Of a stretch of DNA of 64,000 bases, positions 24,056-37,350 are shown piece by piece. The notes under the pieces were generated by a model. The model ran no database searches, had not been told where the DNA came from, and was given only the letters and a program-made list of their open reading frames with translations. How positions within the stretch are numbered: the first letter of the stretch is position 1; every line of letters begins with the position of its first letter. This stretch comes from Rhina ancylostomus (taxonomy: Eukaryota), in the NCBI GenBank assembly GCA_030265395.1, contig JARFYF010000063.1, positions 45,624,951 through 45,688,950 on the forward strand. The letters run 5' to 3'. A program made the translations under genes and the position numbers.

Positions 24056-27000
24056 TGCTGTTTTTATTGCCTCACTAATTTCCTCTCCATCGCTGAAGAG
24101 GTGGGCACCTGCACAAGGTTTCCTGCCTCTTAACTTGCTCTCTTATCACTTAGAGCATTTCATTTCCCCATTTTCATTTCCACTTATTGCACATTTCCCT
24201 ATGTGTGTCATCTACCCATTTTGCTGATTCCTTCAAATCCTGCTGCAGCCCTTCACAGGCCTTGTCACATTTCACAATGGCTCAAGATCATTTTTATGCT
24301 TAATTAACAAGAGATCCCAATGTTGATCTTTGTGGAACGTCATCCAAAACCTATTTCAATTTAAGAAGCTTATCGTTCCTCACTAGGAATTGCTTTCTAT
24401 CCTTGCCAAACTCCCAATCTCTCGCACAAACTACCACCCCTATCTGTAAGAGCCATCGCTGTGGTGGTGGTGCAAATATTGTCTTTGCCTTACATTTCTT
24501 CTACTCCTGTCTGTTATGTTCTCAGATCTCCATGTGAAAGATGGCAGAAAGCTCTATGAAGCCTTGGTGAAGACCCATATTTGCGTCATTGATCGGAGAG
24601 AGCCTCTTCTCCCTGCAATCATCTCCAGAGGTTCCCTATCACTTCCACTTCTGCCGAAGCCTCCAGCTGGCTATCGCTGCAGATCTTTGGTCCTTGCTAA
24701 ATATTACTGCAGTATTCTTCCCCTTCATACTGAGGACCTTTTTAATACCTGAATTCACATCAGCAGCTTGGTATGTGTACATGATGTTCATTGGAGAATG
24801 GTTGGGCTGTCAAAGATTGAGAGGGCTGTGCAAAAGTTAAGCCTCCACCTGAATTCAAACCTGGAGAGGAACATTTCACCTTGTATGACTATCATGGGAG
24901 ATATCACTGCGAAGCTCAATCCTGTCCTCACGTGACGAGCCAAACTCACCAGGAGTGGTAATAGAACAGTGACCTGGGGCAAGGAATCCAATTGATTTCT
25001 CACCCCAACAATCCATAGCCAAGAAATAGTGAGGCCAATTGCAATTCATTTAATGCTTCCCTGCCTGAGAACAGTTTATTCAATGCAGATTGAATACTCA
25101 ACCTATATTTGGCTCAATTTCTGCATTACAAAATAAATTTTAATTCAGGGGAATTCTCCACAACTTTTTGAGCATTTCCATGTTGGTTTATAAATGTCAC
25201 TCAGATCATTTCAGTCAGATGAGAATCTACGCAGCCAAATATACAAGAAGATTTTCAGATTTAAGCGATTAAATAGATTTAAAGGGAATATCCTGCTGAG
25301 GGGATTTCTAAAGGCCATCATTTTTTCATCTGAAACAGCAAATATGACTGGACAGTCATCAAATAAAAAGCAACACATTTTGTCTCTCCTTGTGCGAGGC
25401 CAGCAGATCGTGGCAGGAAATTCTCATTTCAGATGATTTCAACAGAAGATCCCCAATCTAATGTGCTCACGTGCTTAGCACTTTCAGGTCAAATATCCAA
25501 TTCCTCAGCTTCCTAAATGCAAGCTCATCCTCTTCCTTATGTCCTCACAGTATTATGTCTTTTGAGCTGTTCTTACTTTACCTAATTTTTCCCCCTTCAC
25601 TATAATCTTCACATTCCTTAAATTCCCTGATAATGTCAAGGGGTGTCCCTAAAGTAACGTGGGGAAATGCAGCAGTCAATTGCCTGGAGCATTTGTCTCT
25701 TAAATAACAATGAGAAAAGTAACAAAAAATTGTTTTTTTTAAAGTCTCAATGCACACAAAATACTGAAGGAACTCAGCAGTCTTGTCAGACAATAGATAA
25801 ACACTGGGCAAGACCTCTGAATATAATACAAGTATAATACCTCTGAATATAATAAAACTAAGCAAGATTTCTAATATGCCTGTTCCTCTCAGAACTCTGC
25901 TATGATATATTTTACATTCATTTGAAAAAATTGACATCATTATTTAACTTCTCATTGAGAAAAGAACACCTATGACAAAGCAGTACTCTCTCAGAGCAGA
26001 ACTTGCCCCCATGGCCTTTCCAAATCAGCAAGAGCGCTACCATTGATTCAAGGCTGATACACAAGTTTGTGACCTAATGTGATGACTATAAATTGCATTC
26101 AGGATTAAAACGAAAAGCCTTTCTGAACTTACCCTTAAAGATTAGCTGCTTGGGCATTATACCAAAGCTCTGTCAACACCTATAGAACCAACACTCCTGC
26201 CAAGAGGGGAAGGTAAAAAAAACTTGGAGGCAAAAATAAAATTCCACAATATAAAACTGAGTAGCTAATCCATTTATCCTGAAGGTTAATTGGATTGTTC
26301 TATACAAATACACCCCAACAATATAATATTGGAACACTGCCTGATATCCTATCCAGAAGGGAGAATAAAGCTCATTTTATATTACTAATCAAATACAGAC
26401 ATTAAAGCAAAAATTACATCCACGGGTATCTTTGAAAGCAAGTTGAAATAACAAAGGAAATTGTCACACTGAAGAGGTGGCATACTCACATGTAAGATGG
26501 TGGCCATTAACACAGCACCTGCTTCAAGCTTACAATTAATGCTGGCCAATCCAAGCTTTTTAATTTGGTAAACATCACCTTTAGACCGTGTTCCAGACAG
26601 TGCTTATGCCTGGCACAGCAGCTAGCTGAGACGTGAAACAGATTTTCCATTAGCAGTAGTTAACAATTAAACAATCCAAACTCTTAAGTGTGCATGAAGT
26701 AATGAGACCAGTGAAGCTAGGATTGACAAAGGAACTACAGAAATAGACTCTCACAAAACAGAAAGTATAATGTGACAGATTGAAATGGAATATTCACTTT
26801 GTCATACCAATTATTAGTTGATATTATAAAAGCAAATTTGGCTTTAAGATACTGAAAATATTGATCTGGTTCAAAGTATTTTCTGGGCCGTGGAAGCTCC
26901 AAAAGAGAAATGTTTCATGGGCAGTCAANNNNNNNNNNNNNNNNNNNNNNNGTTCTTCTGAGTGACACTGAAGACTGAAGTTTCATTAGGACACAGCAGC

Positions 27001-29129
27001 AGAGATCAAATTGTCCAGAAACATAGTGCAAGAAGACATTACTGGGTAACACCAGGGCAGAGAGCATAGCCAACATTAAAACAACATTGTACAATAATAA
27101 TTGAGAAGGTTGTGGTGGCTGAGGCATTTGTGCTGCATGGCTGAAAAGATCGTGGGAATGGGATATACACTAAAAGGGACCTATGGCACTGCACACCAGC
27201 AGAAGATTGGCCAGAAGCAGACAGGAGCTGAAAGAGTACAAAATGAGATGGCAGAGATTGTGAAGCTATGATCAATCTGATTGTCACAATTAACTGACAA
27301 TCAATTCAAATGAAGAAAAAACAGAACATTTAAAAATAATACTATCTGACCAATAATATGGCAAAAGGAAACAATCAACCCATTTCAGAGAGCAAACACA
27401 AGCCACTGTAATTTTGAAGAGTTTGCACATGTCGCTGAGTCTTAGTAGAAGTGGATGTCACGTAACACAGTCCTGGCATACAGATAACATCCAAAGCTAC
27501 TTGAAATTTACCATCACAGCTTAACAACTTAATTAGGCTGAGAAAGTAGCGTTTTTTTAAAACCAAATGTATTTTTTTGGAGGGAGGGTGCTGAGTATAA
27601 TATTTGTATTATTGGATCCATTTAAGAAAGTCAAGAAGCTGAGCCCCAAACAGCACTTAGCTTGGGTCTTTGCCAGGCTAAGGTGACTCAATTCAGTTTG
27701 AACTTAATTGACAAAGTACAGAAACAGAGCAAAATGTTATATCATGTGCTATTGGGAGCTCATGGAAAATCAGCTTGAATTCCTGAATTAAAAAAAATTA
27801 ACGCACTCTCACTCTTCAATGAGCAGCATTCACTATTTTGATTTGGCTAATAAAATAATAAACAAGGCAGAAAAATAAGTGCTTGGTGCAGTATGTTAAC
27901 ATTTGGATTTTTAGGAAACTTTGCTTTGAGGTTGGAATGGTGCAATGCTGACTCTGGCATGACCCAGATTCAGGTTTGCTTCAGAGTGATGAATTAAATG
28001 TTTGGTGGCTGCAAAAGGCCATATGGAAAATATATATTAGTAATCTTGACCATGTTGTTGATGTCCATCACTCAGGATGGTGTAAGGGGGAGAGAAAATT
28101 TCATCAGAAGGATGAAGGATCATCTGAGACTAGGCTTTGCTGGATATCCAACTGCTATTTCCATGACTTGGACTGGTAGGTGCCATTACTGGGTGCTCTT
28201 TCCACCTTATATTTTTCACGTCGTGGTCAGATGTATCAGGAGAATTGCAGTCTTTAATGAGACTGTTTGGGCTGCCCTCAAAATGGTATGTAAAATGTTT
28301 GCCAGTCATCACCATGTGCAGCCAGCAAGAGCAGCTGGCTTCACATTGAAACTGCTGACCACTGCTCATTCCCACATTTGATGTCACACCAAGCCTCCAG
28401 TGCAGCTCCATGAATTTTCAGTCTCTGTTGTTTAACCTTAGCCTTCTTTGTGATCAATTAATTGCTGTTTGTGGTACGGCTGGTGACCACCAGCCTGTGT
28501 GTTAAGTCCTGATGAACAAGACAAACTATCTTGGTTTGCTCTCATCCTCATCAGTATCTCCAAGGTATTCACATTTGTCACTGAGTTCTGATGCAAATCA
28601 GTATGAAATATAAAATATGAACTTAGATGCTCAGAATACCATCCTTGCATATAGCTTACATCCAAAACTACTTGAAATTTACCATCAGAGATTACAATAT
28701 CATTCATTCTTATGATTTCAAGGTTGAGAACATTGCTCTGACAAATGGTAAATAAATTTAACATTACTTCATAAAGGTTTTTTTTTGTCCTCATCAAGGT
28801 TAAGGGTGTTGTCCTGTAGTGTGAATAGTTTTTAGTTTATTGTTAAGCTTTAGCGCACAACACATTATGTGCATAACAAACAACTTTTCTCAGACTACTG
28901 CACCGATGGACAAATAGAATGAGACTACTACTCATCTCCAATTATTTCATGAGGTTTGGGAATCCTTTGTGCTTTGGGCCTGAGAAATGGATTTAGATTA
29001 GCTCATACTCATCAGCTGATATTTCTTTCATCATAACGGGATGGGCTAAATACGTCCAGATTGTATGGCTGAAAGAACAGTTCCCAACAATAGTCAATCT
29101 CATAATATAGTCCTAAAAGCTAAAAGAAG

Positions 29130-29500
29130 AAAGAACTCTTACTTATAAAGTGGCTTCTAAGTTTTCTCAAAGCTCTTTACAACCAATAAGTTTTTTGAAG
29201 TGCAGTCACCATTTTAATGTAGGAAATGCTGCTGCCAATTTCTGTACTGTAAACTCCCACACAAAGCCACATAATAATGACCAAATAATCTGATTTTAGT
29301 AATGTTCACTGAGGGATATGTATCAGCCAAGACACCAGGGATTATTGCCATTTTGCATGTTCTTATGCAAAACATTGCTTTGTTCCAGGATAGGGCCTTT
29401 AACAAAGCCACATTTGAAAATCAGCACCTCCAACAGGATCAGCCTAAATAATTTATCGTTATCTCTAGACTGAGTCTTGAACCCACTGGGTCAAATGCTA
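29130..29500 (-). mobile_element. DeuSINE (SacSINE1/AmnSINE1-like)
   Basis: ttttgaagtgcagtcacc...gtaggaaatgctgctgccaattt...ataatgacca...gccaagacacc is the reverse complement of the element at 7140-7476. Confidence 0.7.
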
Positions 29501-30262
29501 TATAGTGCCACCTTTGTGGTATTGCTAAGATTAATGGCCCAAAACCTGCAGTTTTAAATACAGCAATTTTGCCAATGTGCACAATCACTACTCTGTGAAA
29601 CTGACAATAATTCTGGCAACAGCAAAGTTAAACAAAGTCATTAATATTCCTCTCTTCCACAAGATGCACCATTGCAGTGTTTGCAGATACAATCAAAATG
29701 GATCAATCATTTCACCTGAACTTCAATCTTCTAAAAATTATTTTTGTTGCAAAAAACTGAAAATGCTAATAATTGATGAATGAGTTGTAACTGAGCTTTT
29801 AATAGTGTGCACAAATTATAATGCGTTGAATTAGCCATGACTCTGTAAAATTAATTATATAAAAAAATTGTCATTCCCCCAGAACAATATTTAAAAATTC
29901 TAAAGTTTAGGAATAATAAAAATACATAAATTTCTTCAAAAAGACAATTTACCATGATTCAGCTTCAAACTTATTCCAGTGTTAATCCTGCAATTTTGAT
30001 TGTGTTTTCTGGAAAACAACTGAGAAGTTAAATAATTGGCCCAGAAAGCATATCAATTATCATTCTGTCAGCATAACATCAAAAATAATAAAACTGTTAT
30101 TTTAATTAAAAGTTGACGGGTGTTTGAGAATTCTTCAGTCAGAAGGGGTGCTCAACATATTTGATGGCACCACTGTTCCTGAACATCATGACTCACTACA
30201 GCTGATAACTGGTTGAAAATTATGCTGAGAAAGGGGAAAACAACAACAAAGAGCCCACTTTG

Positions 30263-30429
30263 AAGACACAAGAGAGACTGCAGATGCTGGAATCTCAAGC
30301 AAAACACAAGCTGCTGGAGAAACTCAGTGGGTCAAGCAGCAAGGTCTTGACCCGATATGTTGACTATTCCTTTGCCTCCACAGATGCTGCTTGACCTGCT
30401 GAGTTCTTCCAGCAGTTAGTTTTTTGCTC
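30263..30429. mobile_element. 167-bp palindromic PLE pLTR-only insertion with a 14-bp TSD
   Basis: Exact direct repeat aagagcccactttg at 30249-30262 and 30430-30443; inverted arms ctgctggagaaactcagtgggtcaagcagca / tgctgcttgacctgctgagttcttccagcag. Confidence 0.85.
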
Positions 30430-32264
30430 AAGAGCCCACTTTGTCTTTGTGACCATGTTATATTGAGATCAGTACTGAATGCTGTCCTTGGGCTGTTGAC
30501 AGACAAGGTAGATATGTACACAGTGGAATTCAGCACAATGTTGGAGAGATTAATGCAATTTAAAAAAAGAAATAAGCATACACTTTTAAAAATTGTTGAA
30601 AGCAGTGTGGTGTGGGTGTCTCCAACATAACAAACCCTATTTGTCCCCTCCAAAAACACAAACCCACACCACCCCCAACCCCCCAAAAATCAAGTTGTAT
30701 TTAAAACAGATGGACAGCAGAATGTTGAAAATAAATTAAAGCTTCCATCTTCACGCATACGATTGATCTTCCCCCTCAGATACTTTTTCTCCCATTTGGG
30801 AAATTATCCCTGATGTGCAGATGGCCTGCAACCACATCTCAAACTGTGATAATTACAAGTAATTTTATTTTGTTGTTTAATTTTAGCAATACCTAATTTT
30901 CTCTTGCAACCCTTTAAGGTACTTTAGGCAAAAAGGCAATTGCTTTGGAACACAGTTCACCTCCTTCCCACTCACAACACCCCCCCCACCCCACCTCCCC
31001 ATATCAAACCAACTGCCAATGCTTTCAGATTCTGAGATGCGTGATATTAAAAGCAGATGTGAGGGTAGATTTCACAGTATATTTAAGTTATTTAAAATGG
31101 AATTTCAGAAAGCTACAAGACAAGCAGCTGAGCCCTACTTTGCAGAAAGCTGCCAAAGCTGGAAGACAAATACTATGGGGAATAGTTTATGGCAAATTAA
31201 CCACATATACAGTGGAATCATAAATCACATGACCAGGATGGATCTGGTTAATAATTACTAATAACACTAAGTTTTATTTCACAGTAATCCCAGCTTAATG
31301 ATGGTAATGAGAGATTTGAATGCTACTTGAAGAAAATATTTGAAATCCTCTCTTCTGCTTTCAAAATTGCATGCCTAGTGTTCATCTGTAACCTGTTTTA
31401 TTTTATAATAGTTCATGTCTGTGTTTTAAAATGCATTGATAAAATCCTGATTTTCCACCATTTACAAATGAACAATAGTTAGGGAATCACAGAGGCAGAT
31501 GCTAGGTGAACTGTTCTCTAAGTGACTTATCAGACCAACCCCAAGCCTCAGCTAGTTGGACTGAATGGAAGCTGTGACGGTGAGCTACACTGGGCTTCTG
31601 TCATTCCTTAATTGGGAAGAGACACACTAGCCAGGATTGGCAGTCCTTGGGACTTGGGACAAGAATAGGATTCTCATTAAAAGTGAGTAACACCAAAATT
31701 CAGGCCTGGCAGATACATTAAATGACATCATAGCGAAGCTTCAAGGGTCTCCTAAGGCATTGCTTTCAAACATGCCAAAAACAATCAAAGCATTTTCAAA
31801 CCATATTCTGGGGGTATTGGTAAAATCAGTCCTATTATGAACATACCAACCATCTTGGTAAATTCCAGTCACAGTTTAATGTTTCCCAGCCAAATCCAGT
31901 TTTGTTTGGGTTACATTTTATGTCATTTAATTTAACCATTTGTAGCAAGTAAATCTAGCCATAAGCCAACTACATCTCAGTTGTTCTTGAACATGTTCCA
32001 TTCTTAAACTAACCAGAATCCATTGTGGATTATAGTCATGAGAACAAAGGCTTCAAATATCAATTATTCTATTGGGGGGGAAAAAAGAAACTTTTTCCAT
32101 TGATCAAATGTCATCAACCTCAACAATTTACTGCTTCTCTCTTCATAGATGCTGCCTAACCTGCTAAGTATTTCCAATATTTTTTTGCTTTGCTATTATA
32201 AGGCACTGCAGTAATGTTCTAGGATGGTGAAAGTACTAATATTACACTGGATTATGCATGTTAA

Positions 32265-32616
32265 GATCATAAGACCATTAGATATAGGAGCAGAATTNNN
32301 NNNNNNNNNNNNNNNNNNNNNNNNNNNNNNNNNNNNNNNNNNNNNNNNNNNNNNNNNNNNNNNNNNNNNNNNNNNNNNNNNNNNNNNNNNNNNNNNNATT
32401 ATGCATGTTAAGATCATAAGACCATTAGATATAGGAGCAGAATTAGGCCATTCAGTCTATCGAGTCTGCTCTGCCACTCAATCATGGCTGATCTTTTTTT
32501 CAACCCTATTCTCCCACCTTCCCTCTGTAATCCTTAACCCCCTTACCAATCAAGAACCTGTCAATCCCTGCCTTAAATACAGCCAATGACTTGGCCTTCA
32601 TAGCCCTCTGTGGCAA
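32265..32616 (-). mobile_element. CR1-type LINE 3' end (spans an assembly gap)
   Basis: cataagaccattagatataggagcagaattaggccattc...caatcatggctgatc, the typical reverse CR1 tail. Confidence 0.7.
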
Positions 32617-34089
32617 CGTTAGGTCATCAGTGCTGGGTTACTTTTTATGTGTTACTCTTGCTGTACTGCTCTTGCTCAACCTTCTTTGTTACTCTTGCTG
32701 TATTACCCTTTCCAACTTAGCTTTGTGTTATCGTTGCTGGGTTTCACATGCACTGATGCTAGGATGCAGATTCTCTACTGATCACTACTCACTTTCCCCC
32801 GAGATGCTGAGTGCAATTTTGAGACACTTATTGCACCCTTGCAGGATAATATGATGACTAAGGCAATGAAATTTCTGTCAGGTTAGAGGACTTTTGGAGT
32901 AATCTGTGAATAAACAGCTTAAAGCTATATACTGGATGGGCACTTTTTAAATTAGAAGTACAAACAAACCAAGCTTGATATATATGCACATACTGGGAAC
33001 ATTAACAAGAGTATGTAGTGGTGCACCATAAGTTAGCAGAAATGAAAATCTTAATGCCATCTGTTAGCTAAATACAATGCCATATATTGCTGAATTATTA
33101 AGCACAAAAGCATAAAGCCACAGGAAATAAAACAGATCATGCCACATGCAACTTAAGTGAAGGCAGCAATAGAAATACAGTAATCTGGGGCTATGAAGAA
33201 ATTTAGGCCACTTTTGGGGCAGGGTGCACATTAAATACATGTGATATGCCCATGTAAATGTGAAGGTTCTGAGCATACTTAACAGTTATTCCAAGGATCA
33301 TGAACTCACCTTGACCCATTCCTACAAACACTTCATTCCCCAAATCTGACTTTTCTGCAAACTATCTGCCATTTTCCCCTTTAACTGGATGCCATCATTC
33401 TTGCCACCCAGGCTTGACAGTACTTTTCCCCCCAAAACTTCATTTTACCTTTGCAACCCTCATCCGGTTTTACTTCTTTCTTTAAACTCATGCCTTCAAG
33501 TAAAACTCTGGTCACCTTCTCCAACTTTCATTGCTCACTCCTTGACAGGCTAAAACAATGTGGAAAGGAGACCACTTTACAGAGAGCAGAATCTGTTCTT
33601 GGTGCCAGATTTCTTAAGAGATCAAATGATCCATGTACGGTGAAGACTGTTGAGCCCGCCAGCCACCTCACAGGCATGCTCAATGCTGATGTCCAGTGTG
33701 ATTCCCTGTATGATAAACCTGCATCCCTCTTAATATCCAGCTTACCGATCTGAGCATGATCAAAATGAAAGTTGAATGCTGCACTGCTTTGTCACTTCTC
33801 CACAGTCCAAGTTTGTTTCCTTTCCTTTCACTTAATCTTCCTTTTCTCTCTCCACCACCTTCTATCCACACAACCTTCTCTGCACTTTATCCTTCACTTC
33901 ACCAGCTTAATTTCACCACTACTTTGCCAAAATCTGAAGGATATTTAAAATCCACTTCAAGGCTTCATACAGGCTAAAACAATACTTTACCCACATGCAA
34001 CCACTCATGTTTAAGTGCGTACATCCCTTTAAATTTAAGTTGTCAGAAGGGTTTTGCACAAAGCATTGATAGGCAAGGTGTTGGTATAA

Positions 34090-34490
34090 GGCCAAATCTG
34101 TGCTGGAAACCTATGCTAATTATTTACATGAACATATCCATCTGGATTTGGGCATTGAACTGACACAATTTTTTCTAAAGCTATAAAAATGTCTTCATTG
34201 TCAAAACCAACACATGAATAATAATCAGTTTGATTGGTGAACCATTCATTGGGGGGGTGAAAATTCCTGAGGGGTTGTAATTCCTGATCACTCTTTGATG
34301 ACCTCCAATGAAAAATGCATGCCTGTCAACATTGGGTGACAACAGTATACGACTTTACAGCAATATTCCACCAATCCTGCCACATCCCTGTCCTAGAATA
34401 CAGATGCCCACAGCACATAATCTGTTAGATCTAGACCCATGCACAAACAGCCTCAAGTGATTTACCTTGAGGGAAGAATAGGAGAAAAAC
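34090..34490 (+). mobile_element. Decayed LF-SINE-like element
   Basis: aattcctgatcactctttgatgacctc...aaaatgcatgcctgtcaacattgggtgacaacag resembles the central region of the other copies. Confidence 0.45.
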
Positions 34491-36999
34491 ATTAAAATTC
34501 AGTCCTTTCAAGCAACGTAACTAAGTTTAACCTTTTAGCCCTTCTGTGGGAGATGGTTTAACACTCCTTATTTCATCTACATCATTATAAGACACTTATG
34601 TTCACCCCTAGTCACTTGGGTAATTTCTTTCAGACAGTTCATGTGCAAGTTCTGTTTGAAGTGGTTTGTGGAAATTAAAACTTTGGACAGAATCCAGACA
34701 ATTGGTTGTGACTGGATAAACTATCAGTCTCACTTTACAGCACCACCAATGTGCGCAAGCTCAGGGTCAGAACATCTATGGGGAGTACTGTAAGCAAATG
34801 ACACAATAAGGTCACTTGCAAGAGATCTTTGTACACTCTCTGCTGCTCAATGCAGGATTAGTACAATTACAGAACAAAAAAATGAAGTACTTTGTTTAAG
34901 TGGAGTTCCTTTTGTTCAAGCAGTATGTGAAGTGCCACACACAAAAGAAATAAAATCTGTTTTATCCAATTGGCACAACACCAAGTTTAAACCACAGTTT
35001 CCTGAATATCATATTGTTCTTTTTAGTGAAAGCTAGTTTTGAATGATGTGAAGAATTTCTCCCATCATAAATCAACTGGATTGAATAAAATAAATCGTGG
35101 AACTTGAAAAGTATTTTCTGTAACTATATATCGACATATATTTGAGACACTGTGGGGCCAGAAAATGCACATACTGAATATACAACTGGTGCTTGAAAAG
35201 AACTGGCTGGCAATAAAATATACTGGTGGTTTTCATGTACAGGGACCAACAATAGTCTGCCAGTTTGCAATATACAGTGTTCTACACCTGCAGCTGAATG
35301 ATGGTTAAAGGTCAGTATTAACACTGTTGACAAATACATTCACTATCTAGGAGTTTTTTGTGGTTTAATGGTTGAGGTTCCACAATAGTGTGAATCTGAA
35401 AGATGGTCTCACAACTCTTGCCTGGAGCACATCGTGGGTGACCTAACTAATAACAGCTTTCTGATGATTGAAGCTGAGAATTATTGACGTTTATTTAGCT
35501 TTATAATTAGCAATTAAAACAATAATTTTGTTTCTCATAAAACTGGTACAATCTGAATGTTTGGAAATAAACATTCTGTAGCAGTAGAACCCGTCTTACT
35601 TCTCAACCTTACTCGAGCATGGATCTCAATCCATAGGCTCATTGTCAAGGTAAAATCGGCATAATTAATTTTCTGTAAAGTTACGCGCAAGTTTTAATTA
35701 AGTCAAATTCATCCTGGGAGAGATACAGGGCAAAGGAAATGCAAAACAGTGGCTGTATTCCTGAAACCAATAACCAGATACTGCTTCATTCATTGTTCAA
35801 ATGAATACACGATGGTTCTCACACATTGTTCTGCTTTTTGAGAAGTTACCTTATCAACCCCAATGTAATTCAAGCATTTTAATTCTTGTTAATATATACA
35901 TGCATACAGGAGTTATCTTAATTGTATTTTTTTAAGCTAAAGCTGGTAATCTTCTGGTTTGTGTCATCTGAAGATGGTTCTCATTAATTGAACTCACATT
36001 TTCATTTTTCTCCTCAAATTATGAAAGTGCTATCACCTCAGACACTAGCTTCCCTCCAGTGCCTCATCACTTAGCCATCCTTCTTGTATGACTCCAGATG
36101 GTAATTGTTGGTAGGGTGTTTCACCATGGAGGCAAGTTCCTCCCCTCACACAATGCTCATGTATTTCAAGGACCAAGGAACAGCGTCTAAGAGTTGGGCA
36201 ACTCCTTAGTTTTACCACTCCCGAACCTAAAGACTGTGAGACCTCAGAAGACCTCAGAACTCTCTTGTATAATCCACGGGACATTAAATGGGAAGACAGA
36301 CACTGTACTTAAGGAATCTGAAAGAAAGAGGATACAATTCAGTCAAGAAATGTATTGAAAAAGAAACATTCTAACAGAGAAAGGCAAGAAAAGAAACAGA
36401 CATTATAAGTTTAAATTGGGGTAAGATCTAAAATTCAGTGACAAATTGGAACATTCTCTCTTTATTGTGGTTTGCTTAGGCAAACCATTGTACAGTGTCA
36501 CAACAAACTCAAACAAATTCCTGTCCAGCTATTATTTTCTTGTGACTGCTGATACATCAAACAATCCACATATTGCAGCTGCCAATTAACTAAAGACAAC
36601 AATGAAATTCAGTTTATGTGAAAATGAAAATTACTCAGATTAAATCATGAACTGAATTCAAATGGAGACCATTTGTGTTCTGTTCCAGATTCCAGTGTAA
36701 TCTTAATTGGAGGCAAAGGAAAGGGACACCACAGTTTAAGCCCACGCAACATGTTGTACAGGGGATAGACGAGCTGCAGATAATTAAATGTTTTTATTCT
36801 ACTCCAAAATGAAAGATCAAATGTGAAGCAAAGATGTGCCTTTCATGAATTAGTTTCATATTGTACATAATGGGTGGCACCCACAATGATTCACACTNNN
36901 NNNNNNNNNNNNNNNNNNNNNNNNNNNNNNNNNNNNNNNNNNNNNNNNNNNNNNNNNNNNNNNNNNNNNNNNNNNNNNNNNNNNNNNNNNNNNNNNNAC

Positions 37000-37350
37000 T
37001 GGTCAGTGAAAGATCCTGAACACTGATTTGGGGAAAGCCAACTCAATGAACCCTGACTGTATGGTTTGCATCAGAAGCACCATCACTCAGCCAACACCCA
37101 CAGTTTTAACCCCAAGCAGAGTCGGGTTAAGAGAAGAAAAAACTCATGGAGGGCTCCCACTTCTGATTATGGTCCTGTGACTGAACAGAAAATAAACATA
37201 CTTGGATGGCAAGAGAGAACAGTATTACTGTAATGCTCCCTCTTCTTCAACAACAACCTAGGCACATGCATGAAGAAAACCACCCTGGGAGAAACGATGG
37301 ATGCAGCGTTCATCAGTGACAGCATAAACATCAAAAGTGAGCGACTTCAG
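37000..37350 (+). mobile_element. Decayed LF-SINE-like element
   Basis: gggttaagagaagaaaaaactc...cttctgattatggtcctgtgac...taggcacatgcatgaagaa. Confidence 0.5.

Noticed and set aside
27998-28411. Overlapping 127-aa and 93-aa ORFs
   Set aside because: Partly derived from decayed CR1 sequence; no recognisable domain or supporting splice structure.
28620-28690. C/D box snoRNA (TGATGG...CTGA on the minus strand)
   Set aside because: Box C is imperfect, the sister copy at 27.5 kb lacks the D box, and there is no clear terminal stem.
32251-32444. 47-bp direct repeat across a gap
   Set aside because: Identical sequence on both sides of a 100-N gap indicates unmerged contig overlap, an assembly artefact.
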